The notes under the pieces: model-generated | What the model was told of the DNA's origin: nothing | Seen by the model: the letters and a program-made list of their open reading frames with translations, nothing else | The model's database searches: none | Program-made: the position numbers and the translations under genes | From: Macrostomum lignano | Taxonomy: Eukaryota | Assembly (NCBI GenBank): GCA_002269645.1 | Contig: NIVC01000297.1 | Location: forward strand, 310,001-374,000 | Direction: 5' to 3' | DNA: 64,000 nucleotides | In this document: positions 1-38,524 of the stretch, one piece after another | How the letters are laid out: each line of letters opens with the position of its first letter | Numbering within the stretch: the stretch's first letter is position 1

Positions 1-2234
1 TTGGAGTCTGCGAGGGCTGCCGTCGAATTATTTCTTCGCTTGGAGGCCCAGCACCTCGGCCTTTGCCGCCCAGACTCAACTACGAGCAAATGCTAGCAGA
101 TCTGAGCAGCATTCCTGTGAGTCGAAGATCGCAACCAAACTGCCCATGCGAGATCTGCAAGATTGCCCGCAGCAACCTGCGCAAAAATGCAGATCCACAC
201 AGCACCTATGCAACTGGTACACTTAACTGCGCCAGAGGCCGTCCTTCAACTAGTGCAGATGCAGCCCAGGCTCCTTTGCGGCTCTGCTCTGGCTGCCACT
301 CGCCCATCGGCAAGGGCAAGCCGCATCGCTGCAACAAAGCAACCCGGCTAGCAAATCTGAGCAGCTTGATCAGCCCTGGAACAGCAGAGCAAGTCGCTAG
401 CACTACAGTTGCTGCCAAGCTGCAGGCCACCGGGGCAAGCACCGTTGCACTGAAAAGAGCGCAAGGAGGCAGACCTCTAGCTGTCACTGTGGCCAACACA
501 GCCTGCAGCACACGACAGCTGGCTCCAACAACAGCTAACACGATGCTTCGGCTGAAAGTTGCATTAAATCTCAGCAACCGGCAAACTCTGCAAGCGGCCA
601 GCATTTTGCGAAAAGGAGCCGGCTCAGGGAAGGCTGTGCAGTCGAACTTGGGTGCAAGCCTCACTGCCAGAAGCCGGCATCTGAAAGACTTTTTTGTGAG
701 CAAGCTGCTTGAAGTCGACAGCAAAGTGGCTACCGCAAAAAACGCCGTGATCTGCAGTGATGTGCAAGGCCTGATTGAGAAGGTCGCTTCTGAGAGGGGC
801 TACACGGATGTCGACGTAAAGCTTGGTCTTGACGGAGGCGGTGGATTTTTTAAAATTTGTGCCAGCCTGCTGCATCGAGGTGATAGCCAAGAAAGTCAGT
901 CGACAAAGGACCAGCTGTTTGCCGATTCTGGAGTAAAAAAGCTGTTGCTGCTAGCAGCTGTGCCAGACATGAGCGAGTGCTACAATAGCATCAAAGTTCT
1001 CTTTCAGCATTTGAGCCTTGGAGGAGTAACGGTGAATGCAGTAGCAGCTGACATGAAGGTTGCGAACCTCATCTGTGGCCTCCAGTCACATGCATCCAGG
1101 CATCCATGCTGCTATTGCGAGGCTCCTGTGCCACTGAACACCTGTGGCCCGATGAGAACTGTTGGAAGAATACGACAGATGGCCGTGGACTTCGCCAGCA
1201 GCGGCAAAGAGAGAAGCAGTGCAAAGGATTTCTACAACTGCATTGAGGCCCCTCTGCTTCAGGCAGACGATGAAGCCGAGATTCTGTTCATTCTGCCTCC
1301 ACCGGAGCTGCATCTGATGCTTGGCATCACGAATCGCATCTTCGACGCATTGAACTCGGCGTGGGGCAACGACTGCGCGTATCAGTGGGCCCATGACCGC
1401 AGCATTGTGCGCGTTGGATACCGTGGCGGCAGCATGGAGGGAAACGCCTGCCGCACTCTGCTTCGCAAATCTGCAGAGCTTCATGAGTATCTGCCGCAGA
1501 ACCTGAAGCCCTACGGTTCTTGTTTGATGCGTTTAGATTCCGTCGTCAGTAGCTGCTTCGGTTCCCAGCTGCATGCAGATTTCCAGCAGCACATTTTGCA
1601 GTTCAAGACTGCATTTGAGCTGCTTGGTCTGCCAATTTTCCCGAAAGTGCACGTGCTGCTGCACCACGTAGGAACCTTCTGTAGCGCCACTGGTAGCGCA
1701 CTCGGCCTGTTTAGCGAACAATCCTTTGAGAGCGTGCACCGCGATTTCGCTCAAACTTGGCAGAGATTTGCTGTGCCCACGCAGCACAGCAAATTCCCAG
1801 ACGCGTTGCTCTCAGCTGTCATTGCATACAACAGCTTTCACATTTGACAATTTACTTGTAGCTTAGTTTCAAATTCCTTTTGTCTTTACTGTACGAACTT
1901 AACTTGTTCTTTGTTGAATTTCATTTAGTATTGCTTATTCTTCTACTATTTCTTAAAAATTTGTGGCCTAAATTTCAGCTTTATTTTGTTTAAATTTGCA
2001 TTAATTTTTTCTTACATTTTTTCTGCTTAATGTTAATTTAATATATATTGCTCTTAGTTGGCTCTGCTTAATAGAAAAGGCCGTTAGAATAAAAATTACT
2101 ATATCATGACAAGACAAGCACTTACGATTCTTTTAAAATATGTTTTAGACAGCTGAGGCACCCTAGTTTGCAACATTAGTAACCGTTTTCTTGGGCAATT
2201 TTTTAAGTCATTTTGCCACGTGGGAAGCACCGTG
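1..2234 (+). mobile_element. Chapaev-like DNA transposon (right part; putative right terminus ...CACCGTG)
   Basis: Transposase ORF followed by an AT-rich 3' region ending in CACCGTG (2228-2234), i.e. 5'-CACGGTG on the other strand, fitting the CAC...GTG termini of this superfamily. Left end and TSD are outside the window, so the terminus is unconfirmed. Confidence 0.55.
3..1847 (+). CDS. Chapaev-type (CMC/Transib/RAG1-related) DDE transposase, 5' end outside window
   Basis: Frame is open from nt 3 (GVCEGCRRII...), upstream of the listed TTG at 63, to TGA 1845-1847. N-terminal Cys motifs CxxC, CPCxxC and CxxC-x9-HxC. Catalytic-like motifs LGLDGGGGFFK (D), AADMKV (D), SEQSFESVH (E). Zn ligands HPCCYC and PKVHVLLHH, plus PPELHLMLG. 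Order matches the RAG1/Transib/Chapaev core. Confidence 0.8.
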   Translation, partial: GVCEGCRRIISSLGGPAPRPLPPRLNYEQMLADLSSIPVSRRSQPNCPCEICKIARSNLRKNADPHSTYATGTLNCARGRPSTSADAAQAPLRLCSGCHSPIGKGKPHRCNKATRLANLSSLISPGTAEQVASTTVAAKLQATGASTVALKRAQGGRPLAVTVANTACSTRQLAPTTANTMLRLKVALNLSNRQTLQAASILRKGAGSGKAVQSNLGASLTARSRHLKDFFVSKLLEVDSKVATAKNAVICSDVQGLIEKVASERGYTDVDVKLGLDGGGGFFKICASLLHRGDSQESQSTKDQLFADSGVKKLLLLAAVPDMSECYNSIKVLFQHLSLGGVTVNAVAADMKVANLICGLQSHASRHPCCYCEAPVPLNTCGPMRTVGRIRQMAVDFASSGKERSSAKDFYNCIEAPLLQADDEAEILFILPPPELHLMLGITNRIFDALNSAWGNDCAYQWAHDRSIVRVGYRGGSMEGNACRTLLRKSAELHEYLPQNLKPYGSCLMRLDSVVSSCFGSQLHADFQQHILQFKTAFELLGLPIFPKVHVLLHHVGTFCSATGSALGLFSEQSFESVHRDFAQTWQRFAVPTQHSKFPDALLSAVIAYNSFHI

Positions 2235-3083
2235 TACCCTTTTTAACATATATAAGTAATAAGCCTTTACCTAGAAAAAAATTAACAAAAATCGAAAAAA
2301 ACTGTCTTGTGAAAGATCCTTGGAGACCTTTAACATTATATATACATTAAGTATACATATCTTCAACCATGAAGGGCACCCAGCCCCAACTGGACTAGCT
2401 AGTGAGCATTGCAGCAAGTGTTGGCCTGATCATCAAAACACAAAAGACCATTATGCTCTGCATGTTGGACAACATCAAAGCTGCAATTTTCTACCAAGGC
2501 ACTAACAGGCAGATAACAAAGCTTCAATGCTATTAGTGACTAACTTGGCAATCAGATATACTAAAAAATGAAAACTATATTTATTTTATTTATTTTCCTA
2601 TATACTAAAAATGTGATGTCTATATATATGTGATAGATTAGAGAAAAAACTGCTTAACCGATTTTCATGAGATTGCACAGTTTGATCAGAAATTTTTCTG
2701 TGACGGTACATGTATCTTGGCTAAGAAATTGTTAAATGCTAAAGGGATTAAATATTCAAAAAACATGCTTTTTTGCAAAGGTCAAGCAAACTTTTCGACT
2801 TGAAATGCATTGCAAGAATGCTAGAAAAAAATTTACTGGTTGAATTCTGATTCTGAAATAGATTGCATCATAACTGAATTGTAACTCCAACTTGAATTGC
2901 GTCACAGTATTGAAAATGCAGTGTGGAAGTGTAGCACCAGACTTGATTTAGATTGCGTAACCATATTGTCAACTTTAATTGAGACTGATACTGACTTGCC
3001 TGGGAAATTGATTATGTCATAACTGCTTTGTGAGTGAGTGTTGAATTATATAAGTGCTACAATTTCATTTATAAATTCGATAA

Positions 3084-3160
3084 GAGCTAGCCTAGATGTG
3101 AACAGACTGGACTGCTAATGCAGCGACCTGGGTTCGAATCTTAGTAGTGAAAAGTTTTTT
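3084..3160 (+). pseudogene. tRNA-derived segment (tRNA-Ser(GCT)-like arm; SINE head or pseudo-tRNA)
   Basis: A-box-like TAGCCTAGATG (3088), arm TGGACTGCTAAT with GCT anticodon, B-box GGTTCGAATC (3131-3140), then a T7 run. No long variable arm and no intact acceptor stem. Confidence 0.5.
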
Positions 3161-3199
3161 TATTGAAAGCTTTTATTAAAGGACTAATAAAGGACTAAA

Positions 3200-4060
3200 G
3201 GCGTCATGTAAAAAATCATAGAAGCGTCATAAAAAATCATAGAAGCGTCATGTAAACAATCATAGAAGCGCCATGTAAACAATCATAGAAGCGTCATGAA
3301 AAAATCATAGAAGCGCCATGTAAACAATCATAGAAGCGTCATGTAAACAATCATAGAAGCATCATGTAGACAATCATGAAAGCGTCATGAAAAAATCATA
3401 GAAGTGTCATGCAAAAAATCATAGAAGCGCCATGTAAACAATCATAGAAACGCCATGTAAAAAAATCATAGAAGCGTCATGTAAACAATCATAGAAGTGT
3501 CATGTAGACAATCATGAAAGCATCATGAAAAAATCATAGAAGCATCATGTAAAAAATCATAGAAGCGTCATGTAAACAATCATAGAAGCGTCATGAAAAA
3601 AATCATAGAAGAGTCATGTAAAAAATCATAGAAGCATCATGTAAACAATCATGAAAGCGTCATGAAAAAAATCATAGAAGCGTCATGTAAAAAATCATAG
3701 AAGCGTCATGTAAACAATCATAGAAGCATCATGAAAAAAATCATAGAAGCATCATGAAAAAAATCATAGAAGCCTTATGTAAAAATCATAGAAGCGTCAT
3801 GTAAACAATCATAGAAGCATCATGAAAAAAATCATAGAAGCGTCATGTAAACATTCATAGAAACATCATGAAAAAAATCATAGAAGCGTCATGTAAAAAA
3901 TCTTAGAAGAGTCATAAAAAATCATAGAAGCCTCATATAAAAACTAATGGAAGTGTTATTTAAAAAATTAAGAAGCATCATGGAAGAATAAAAGAAGCGT
4001 CATGTAAAAATCAAAAGAAGCGTCATGTCAGACATGAAAGAAGTGTCATGTAAAAATTAA
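3200..4060. repeat. Minisatellite, ~21-23 bp unit AATCATAGAAGCGTCATGTAAA
   Basis: Roughly 35 tandem copies, degenerating to the right. Confidence 0.9.
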
Positions 4061-4079
4061 ATGAAGCTATAGCACTGTG

Positions 4080-5095
4080 CTGGGAGAATTACTGAGACGT
4101 AAAGGCTCACAGAAAATAACTGAGATTACAGGGGGTTTCTGAGATGTCAAAGCAAAAGTCAGAAGCTACTTCAAAGTACATGTACTTTACTCAATTTTTT
4201 TATTACATTCTTTGTTGGCTCACCATGGGGGGCGCTGACAGAATAAGAGTCATGTAAAAAATAAAAGTAGCACTATGTATACATAAAAGAAAAGTCATGT
4301 CAAAGTTAAAAGATTCATTTGGGAATTGCTACGATGTCAAAGCTTGGATGGAAACGCTATAGTGCTATGATTCTTAAAGAAGGAATCACTAAAATGCCAA
4401 GGCTTAGGGGAGAAGAATTGCTGAGATTTCAAGGCTTTAGTTTGGGTTAAATTTAGGTTTAGGTCAGGTTTGGGTTGAGGGTTTAGCGGGTTTCAAGGTT
4501 AACAGGGGATTTTTAGATTTCAAGGTTTATGGGGGGCATTGCTGACATGTCAAGGTTTACAGGGAGAATAGCTGAGATGTCAAGGCTCACGGGGGAATAA
4601 ATGAGATGTCAAGGCTAAAGTCAGAAGCTACATGTAGTTTATTGAAAACTTTTTATTACATTATTTGTTGGGTCCTCACGGGAGGGATTGCTGATAGAAA
4701 ATGTGTAATGTAAAAAATAAAAGAAGCTTCATGTCAAAGTTAAGAGATTCATTTGGGAATCCCTATGATGTTGAGGCTTGTAGGGAATTGCTATAATGCT
4801 GTAGTAGTGTTATAATGACTCTTGGAGAGAATTACTGATATGTCAATGCTTTAGGGTTAGGGTTAGGGTTAGGCTAGGGTTAGAAAGTAGATAGATTTTT
4901 AAAGATTTCAAGGCTTATGGGGGCATCGCTGAGATGTCAAGGGGGGAGTTAATATGTTAAGGCTTGTGGGGAGAATTGCTGACATGTCAAGGCTTACAAG
5001 GGACTGTTGGGGTAAAATGCAAAGAGACGCTACATGTAGTTTATTAAAACAACTTGTACTGTATTTTTAGGCTCCCCAACAGGGGGCGCTGATTG
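4080..5095. repeat. Degenerate tandem duplication of a ~430-460 bp unit (two full copies plus a partial third)
   Basis: AAAGTCAGAAGCTAC..TACATGTA..TTATTACATT..GGGGGCGCTGA-like block recurs at ~4150, ~4615 and ~5020. Confidence 0.65.
4851..4883 (+). repeat. Interstitial telomere-type (TTAGGG)n tract
   Basis: TTAGGGTTAGGGTTAGGGTTAGGCTAGGGTTAG; a degenerate counterpart lies at ~4437-4485. Confidence 0.75.
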
Positions 5096-6624
5096 CTAGG
5101 CTAGTGTCTAATATTCACAAGGACCTACAGCATTGTCATAGACTTTCCTAGGCTACTTTTTGCTCTATGAGGGCTGTCCTGCAGTCCAAGGCCTTATTTG
5201 ACTACCAGACAATGGAATTATTTAAGGCAGTGATCAAGACTATCTTATTATACAATGCCAAGACCTAGACACTGATAGATTCACTCAAACAGCTGGTCAA
5301 TATGGCACACACTGGCCTATTGCACATTGCCTTCAATCAAGATTGGCTATGAATATATCACCAATGTAGCATTCCATTGCAATGCTAGCCTATCCCATCC
5401 TAGCAAACTGTTGCATTATTAGTAACTCCAGCTGGCAGGTCATTTTATCCAAGCCAAGTTGTACTATCCATAGCTAGTCTAGGTACTGCCACTGTAGGCA
5501 CTTTACTAATAAAGGCAAATGCACACTTGGCAATTTGTTGACTAATGCCTGTGCACTAGACACTACTAGCAATAAAGCCTATATTCATACCTAGGCCTTG
5601 AAACATGTCTTATGATATTGTCTGCTGATTGACCAACAATATATTGTGTTGTTATTATATTATATGTATCTATTAAAAAATTTCTTGGTGTTTTCCAGTT
5701 TCTCTTTCTTAGAAATTCATTTTAAAAAAAATATACAATCTTAAGATACTAAGTATCAAAAACTAGCAAAATTTGAAGTTTTAATAAAGTGGTATTAATT
5801 ATAACAAGGTGGTAATTTTTTTTTGCTAATTTAGAAATTTATAAAATATATAGCATTGTTTTTTTGTAAAAGCAAAGTGAAAAATCCCCAAAAAGTGATT
5901 TTACCAAAACATTATAATACTTTGCCAAACTTTATTTATTAAAATATTACTTTACTAAAATCTTGCATAGTCTTATTTTATATGCCAATATGGCTTTTAT
6001 TAGAATAGGACCTAAATTTTAGACCAAAGTGCCTAAGTTAAATGCCTAATATAAATATTATCAACAAAATATATTTTTTTAACTTTTAGCAAAGCTGTTT
6101 ACTTTTTTCTTGAAACAGTAAACCTAGTTGTATTTTTTTGTATCATGATATATGCTTTTGAGATATAAGTTGTTATCATCAAATGAGCTATATAATCTTT
6201 TGACTTTCAAGTATCAAGTTAGGCCTAATTACTTATTGGAGATTAGAGATAACCATAGTCAAGAAGGTGGCCTTTTTCATAGAAAATTCTAATGCAAAAA
6301 TGGTGGTTTGATATGCATTGTGCTGGCATATTCTAGGGTAATAGCAGGCAAGGGGAAAAATCTGGCACAGTATAGTGTAGGACAAAAAATTGGCACAACT
6401 TGTTACAAGACAAAAACTTTACAATGAGACAATATTTAAATTAAGAATTAGCATATAATTTCTTTTTATTAATACTTTTATTTTCTGGTATATTGATGGT
6501 TTTCTTAATTAAAATCTGTTTACATTGCAGTTTTTATAAAACAAACTCAAATACAAGTTTTACCAGCATTTTTCAAATGGAAAATACTGTTTTTTGTGTT
6601 TCTTTTAAAAAAGTTCTAGCACAC

Positions 6625-6780
6625 AGTGCAAGCAAACTTTTTTGATAGGATTTGTTTTGGTCCATGGCATAATTGAACTTTTCGATAAGATTTGTTTTAG
6701 TCCACAATGCAATCAAATTTTTTTGATAGGATTTGTTTTGGCATATAGTGCAATAAATTTTTTAATAAGATTTATTCTGA
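6625..6780. repeat. Degenerate ~45 bp tandem repeat (TTTTGATAGGATTTGTTTTGG core)
   Basis: About 4 diverged copies. Confidence 0.6.
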
Positions 6781-7277
6781 TGCAGGCATGCTATGATCCT
6801 AACTATGGTTAGATAACCAGATCCTAATCTTAAATCTTAAAAAAATATTTATAGTTTTTCTGATTAAAACCTAGGCCTATACAGTATACCTAATACTTAG
6901 TTTGATAGTTATTTATAGTCTGGTGAAAAAGTTATTTCTAAGTTAAAATTTTAGTTTCAAGATCCCTAAAGTAGCAATTGCTTTGGCACATGACCAAGAT
7001 GCATATACATAATGATAACCATAAGATCTAAATGGTTAAATAAATAATAAACATAGGTCTATATATTTTACTCATTTCCATTTTCCTATTGGTAGGAGGC
7101 CTAGTAATTAGGAAGATAAATGCTAAAATAGAATTATATTAGGCAGTTGTTATTGTTATGGTGACTATAAATAACAAAACGGTTATTTTTTGGTTAACAC
7201 ATAAGACACTATATGGGCCTATGGTCTTTATTTAATGTAACCATATAAATAGAAAAACTTATTTTTATGGTCACCAC

Positions 7278-7574
7278 CATATATGCGCAACAGTCGGCCG
7301 AGTCGGCCAATCCGGCCGACCGATTTGGCGGCCAACCAAGGAAGTCGCAAAAATGCCCACCCGAAAAAATACCAAAGTAGTAGTACTAAGTAGCTGACGA
7401 GTCATTTTGGCTTAATAATACAGTCATAGTTACTCCTGCCGTTTACCCAAAGTTGCGTTAATTTTGCTTTAGGGTTTTTTACATGTAAGTTGCATTTTTG
7501 GCCAAAAACTACGTCGCATTTTTGTTAAAACTAAGTCGCACGGCTGACCGAATTTTGGAGGTTGCGCATGTATG
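7278..7574. mobile_element. hAT-type MITE (297 bp)
   Basis: TIRs CATATATGCGCAAC / GTTGCGCATGTATG (13/14 match) and a perfect 8-bp TSD GTCACCAC at 7270-7277 and 7575-7582. No ORF. Confidence 0.9.
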
Positions 7575-7714
7575 GTCACCACAGGTAGGAAGCAAAATGG
7601 TTTTTTTTATGGTCAAGTAGAAGAAATTTTTGCTAAATTACAAGGTAATAGTTAACAATTACCTAAAGTAAGCTACCATGACAAGAACCATTCTTCAGAT
7701 TTTATAAAATCTTA

Positions 7715-8270
7715 ACCCTAGAACCTCCAGACTTAGAATCTTCAGGCTTAGAACGTTCAGGCTTAGACTCTTCAGGCTTTGAACCTTCAGGCTTTGAACC
7801 TTCAGGCTTAGAACTATCAGGCTTAGAACTATCAGGCTTAGAATCTTCAGGCTTAGAACCTTCAGGCTTAGAACCTTCAGGCTTAGAACTATCAGGCTTA
7901 GAATCTTCAGGCTTAGACTCTTCAGGCTTTGAACCTTCAGGCTTAAAACTATCAGGCTTCAGAATCTTCAGGCTTAGACTCTTCAGGCTTAGACTCTTCA
8001 GGCTTAGAACCTTCAGGCTTAGAACCTTCAGGCTTAGAACTATCAGGCTTAGAATCTTCAGGCTTGGAACCTTCAGGCTTAGAATCTTCAGGCTTAAAAT
8101 CTTCAGGCTTCAGAATCTTCAGGCTTAGACTCTTCAGGCTTAGACTCTTCAGGTTTAGAACCTTCAGGCTTAGAATCTTCAGGCTTAAAATCTTCAGGCT
8201 TCAGAATCTTCAGGCTTAGAACCTTCAGGCTTAGTATCTTTCTGGCTTAAAATCTTCAATTTCATGATCC
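7715..8270. repeat. Minisatellite, 15 bp unit GAACCTTCAGGCTTA
   Basis: About 35 tandem copies. Confidence 0.9.
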
Positions 8271-9129
8271 TCAGGCTTTTTAAACTTTTTTCTTTCGGTT
8301 TATCTTTCGTAAAAAATTGCGATAAAAAGATTCACAGCAATTGTCATTTAGCCGCAAGCTTTAAGCTTGCTTTCGAAGCAATTTTGTCGCTTACGCTACT
8401 AAAATCGTATACATAAGTAGGAAATAACGAATCCGACGCTAAAATTCGCAATGACACGCATATTTGTTGCCGATATTAAGTCAAACAATTAGTTGCAACA
8501 AATGAGTTTTCTTAAAATATGAAATACATAAATTAACAGAGCACTGTTGTTACTAGCCAAATTTGTAGTCTGTTGCGCGTTAAATGTAACTCGGTAACGT
8601 TTACACGTACTGTACACATTTGCCATGAAATTGCTTTTGAATATACTGCCACAGCTCAAATAAAATTCTGTACGCATGAGAAAAATATATCGATTTAGTT
8701 AAGTTGCATCTAGGAGTAGCGGAAAATGGTGATAAAATGACTCATGGGATTTAGATCAGAGTTGTCCGGGCAAGGATGCTGCATTTCGTGTAGAAATATC
8801 GAATTTCAACAATTTTACAGATGATGGCCATCTCTGTGCCAGCAGCTCTAACTTGGGCATCCTGCATCCATACGCATTGCACGTTAGATGGGTTGCGTGA
8901 GGCCAATCAGCTGGTGACAATTCGACTCCAAATCATCAGCCATCAAGCCATCAGGATTAATGGAAACTTCAAAAACAATTTTTACTGACGCGGCTTTGTT
9001 CGTGCAGTTTTATAAATTATGTTTGACAGACATATTTGGACAAAAATGTGCGGACGCGGATGAGCCAAATCATTTTTGCTAGCAGAAGGTTTAATTTCTG
9101 ATCGAATGAAATTTAAGTTTAAAATATCG

Positions 9130-9510
9130 ATTTAGCGGGAAACCACCCCACTCCGCTTGGACTCACTCGCACATTTGGGGTAATTTGATTTAGCGGACAA
9201 CCACCCACCCCACTCCGCTTGGACTTCTCTCACATTTGGGGTAATTTGATTTAGCGGACAACCACCAACCCCACACTCACACATTTGGGGTAATTTGATT
9301 TAGCGGACAACCACCCACCCCACTCCGCTTGGACTTCTCTCACATTTGGGGTAATTTGATTTAGCGGACAACCACCCACCCCACTCCGCTTGGACTCACT
9401 CGCACATTTGGGGTAATTTGATTTAGCGGACAACCACCCACCCCACTCCGCTTGGACTTACTCGCACATTTAGGGTTATTAATTTATCGAACAACCACCC
9501 CCACTCCGCG
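9130..9510. repeat. Minisatellite, ~61 bp unit (TTTAGCGGACAACCACCCACCCCACTCCGCTTGGAC...)
   Basis: About 6 copies, one internally deleted. Confidence 0.9.
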
Positions 9511-10014
9511 TGAAGTTATCTGTACACTGTGCCGCCCGATAATGGATACTGAGGGTTCGGGGGAGAAATTTCTGCGAAGTTTATCTAAGGCAGATTTAAA
9601 CCTTCAAACGAATTGCTGAATGTACTTTAACGAGATTAAAAGTCAATACCAGTCACCAGTACATGTATTTGCAGACGCGGGCACTGAGAATAGATAACAT
9701 GAGATTTGTTTCAACTTTGAATTGGCGCCAATTTTCTTAATTTCTCTAATTAATTTAACTTAATATTCAAATATTGAATCGTCTATAATTATACTTTGTC
9801 TAATGCAAATTAAATAACTGCGACTTTATTAGATAATTTGGCGCCAATTTAAATTTGACACTGATTTTGATCGAATCGACTGGAGGTAGAGCAGCAATAA
9901 TTTTATCGAATTCCGATTGCAGGGTCCATCAATTAATTACATGTATGTATAGCATGCATTCCATCTATGAGCGAAATACACATTGTAAATGACATCAGAT
10001 GTCACCATTTACTT

Positions 10015-10020
10015 TTTATT
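10015..10020 (-). promoter_or_regulatory. Candidate polyadenylation signal of the Kv gene
   Basis: AATAAA on the minus strand ~240 nt after the stop; an alternative lies at 9825-9830. Confidence 0.4.
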
Positions 10021-10260
10021 CCACATCACCGTATTAATGAAGCAAAAGGCCGCTGGCTGCACTTGCAAAGCTGGAGCCGGGTTATCTCTGTGAAATGCAT
10101 GCTATTGCCTGTTGTTCTGTTGTTGTTGTTACTGTTGGACTTCCGAATCAACTACTGCACATATCAATAAATTACGCGTGTATTTGGTCTGAGATTTGCG
10201 AGCGAAGCGGCCTTCAGCTTCAGCCGTCAACCGTCAAAATTATCGTCATAAAAATGATTA

Positions 10261-38121
<27,861 letters not shown>

Positions 38122-38524
38122 GCTTGCCGAAGTCCAGACCGCTGTAGGGCCGCACGCAGGCAAGCCGGCGAAGTCGGAAAAGAAGCAAAATGTTTTCTGC
38201 CATTGCTCTACGGTCTTCCAGTATTAATCCTGAATTGGAGAAGAGCAGTCTGTATGGGGTGGGCGGTTGGCAGGGGAGAGGACAAGGGGATTCTATAGTT
38301 GCTGGGATCAGGGGATTGGCTGGACTGGAATTGCTGCACTCCCTAAAAATCCCTACAACTCCCCACATAGCAGCAAATCCCCTATGCTGATGCCGGGACA
38401 GCGACGCTACAAGTTGGCGTCCTCCCAGCCTTCCGCTCCTGCCTACCGCTCCGTCTCCCTCTCCCTCCCACCTCACTCTCAACCCTGTCTTTCACTCCCT
38501 TCTCACCCTTCTTACATCTCCCCG

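Larger units (their letters stand above)
2596..5105 (+). mobile_element. Putative non-autonomous Helitron-like element with central tandem repeats
   Basis: Starts TCCTATATACTAAAAATGTGATGTC...AAAAACTGCTTAACCGATTTTCATGAGATT, resembling invertebrate Helitron 5' ends. Contains internal tandem repeats and ends at CTAG|T (5101-5105) after a weak CCCC-AACA-GGGG hairpin. Boundaries tentative. Confidence 0.4.

Noticed and set aside
163-1787. Short ORFs at 163-351, 206-724, 624-890, 1086-1484 and 1533-1787
   Set aside because: Alternative-frame or antisense shadows of the GC-rich transposase.
4851-4883. True telomere end
   Set aside because: Only ~5 units, interrupted and embedded in a duplicated internal unit.
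5110-7250. AT-rich stretch (also 31950-33000) as decayed DNA transposons
   Set aside because: No TIR pair, TSD or coding remnant could be identified, so it cannot be classified.
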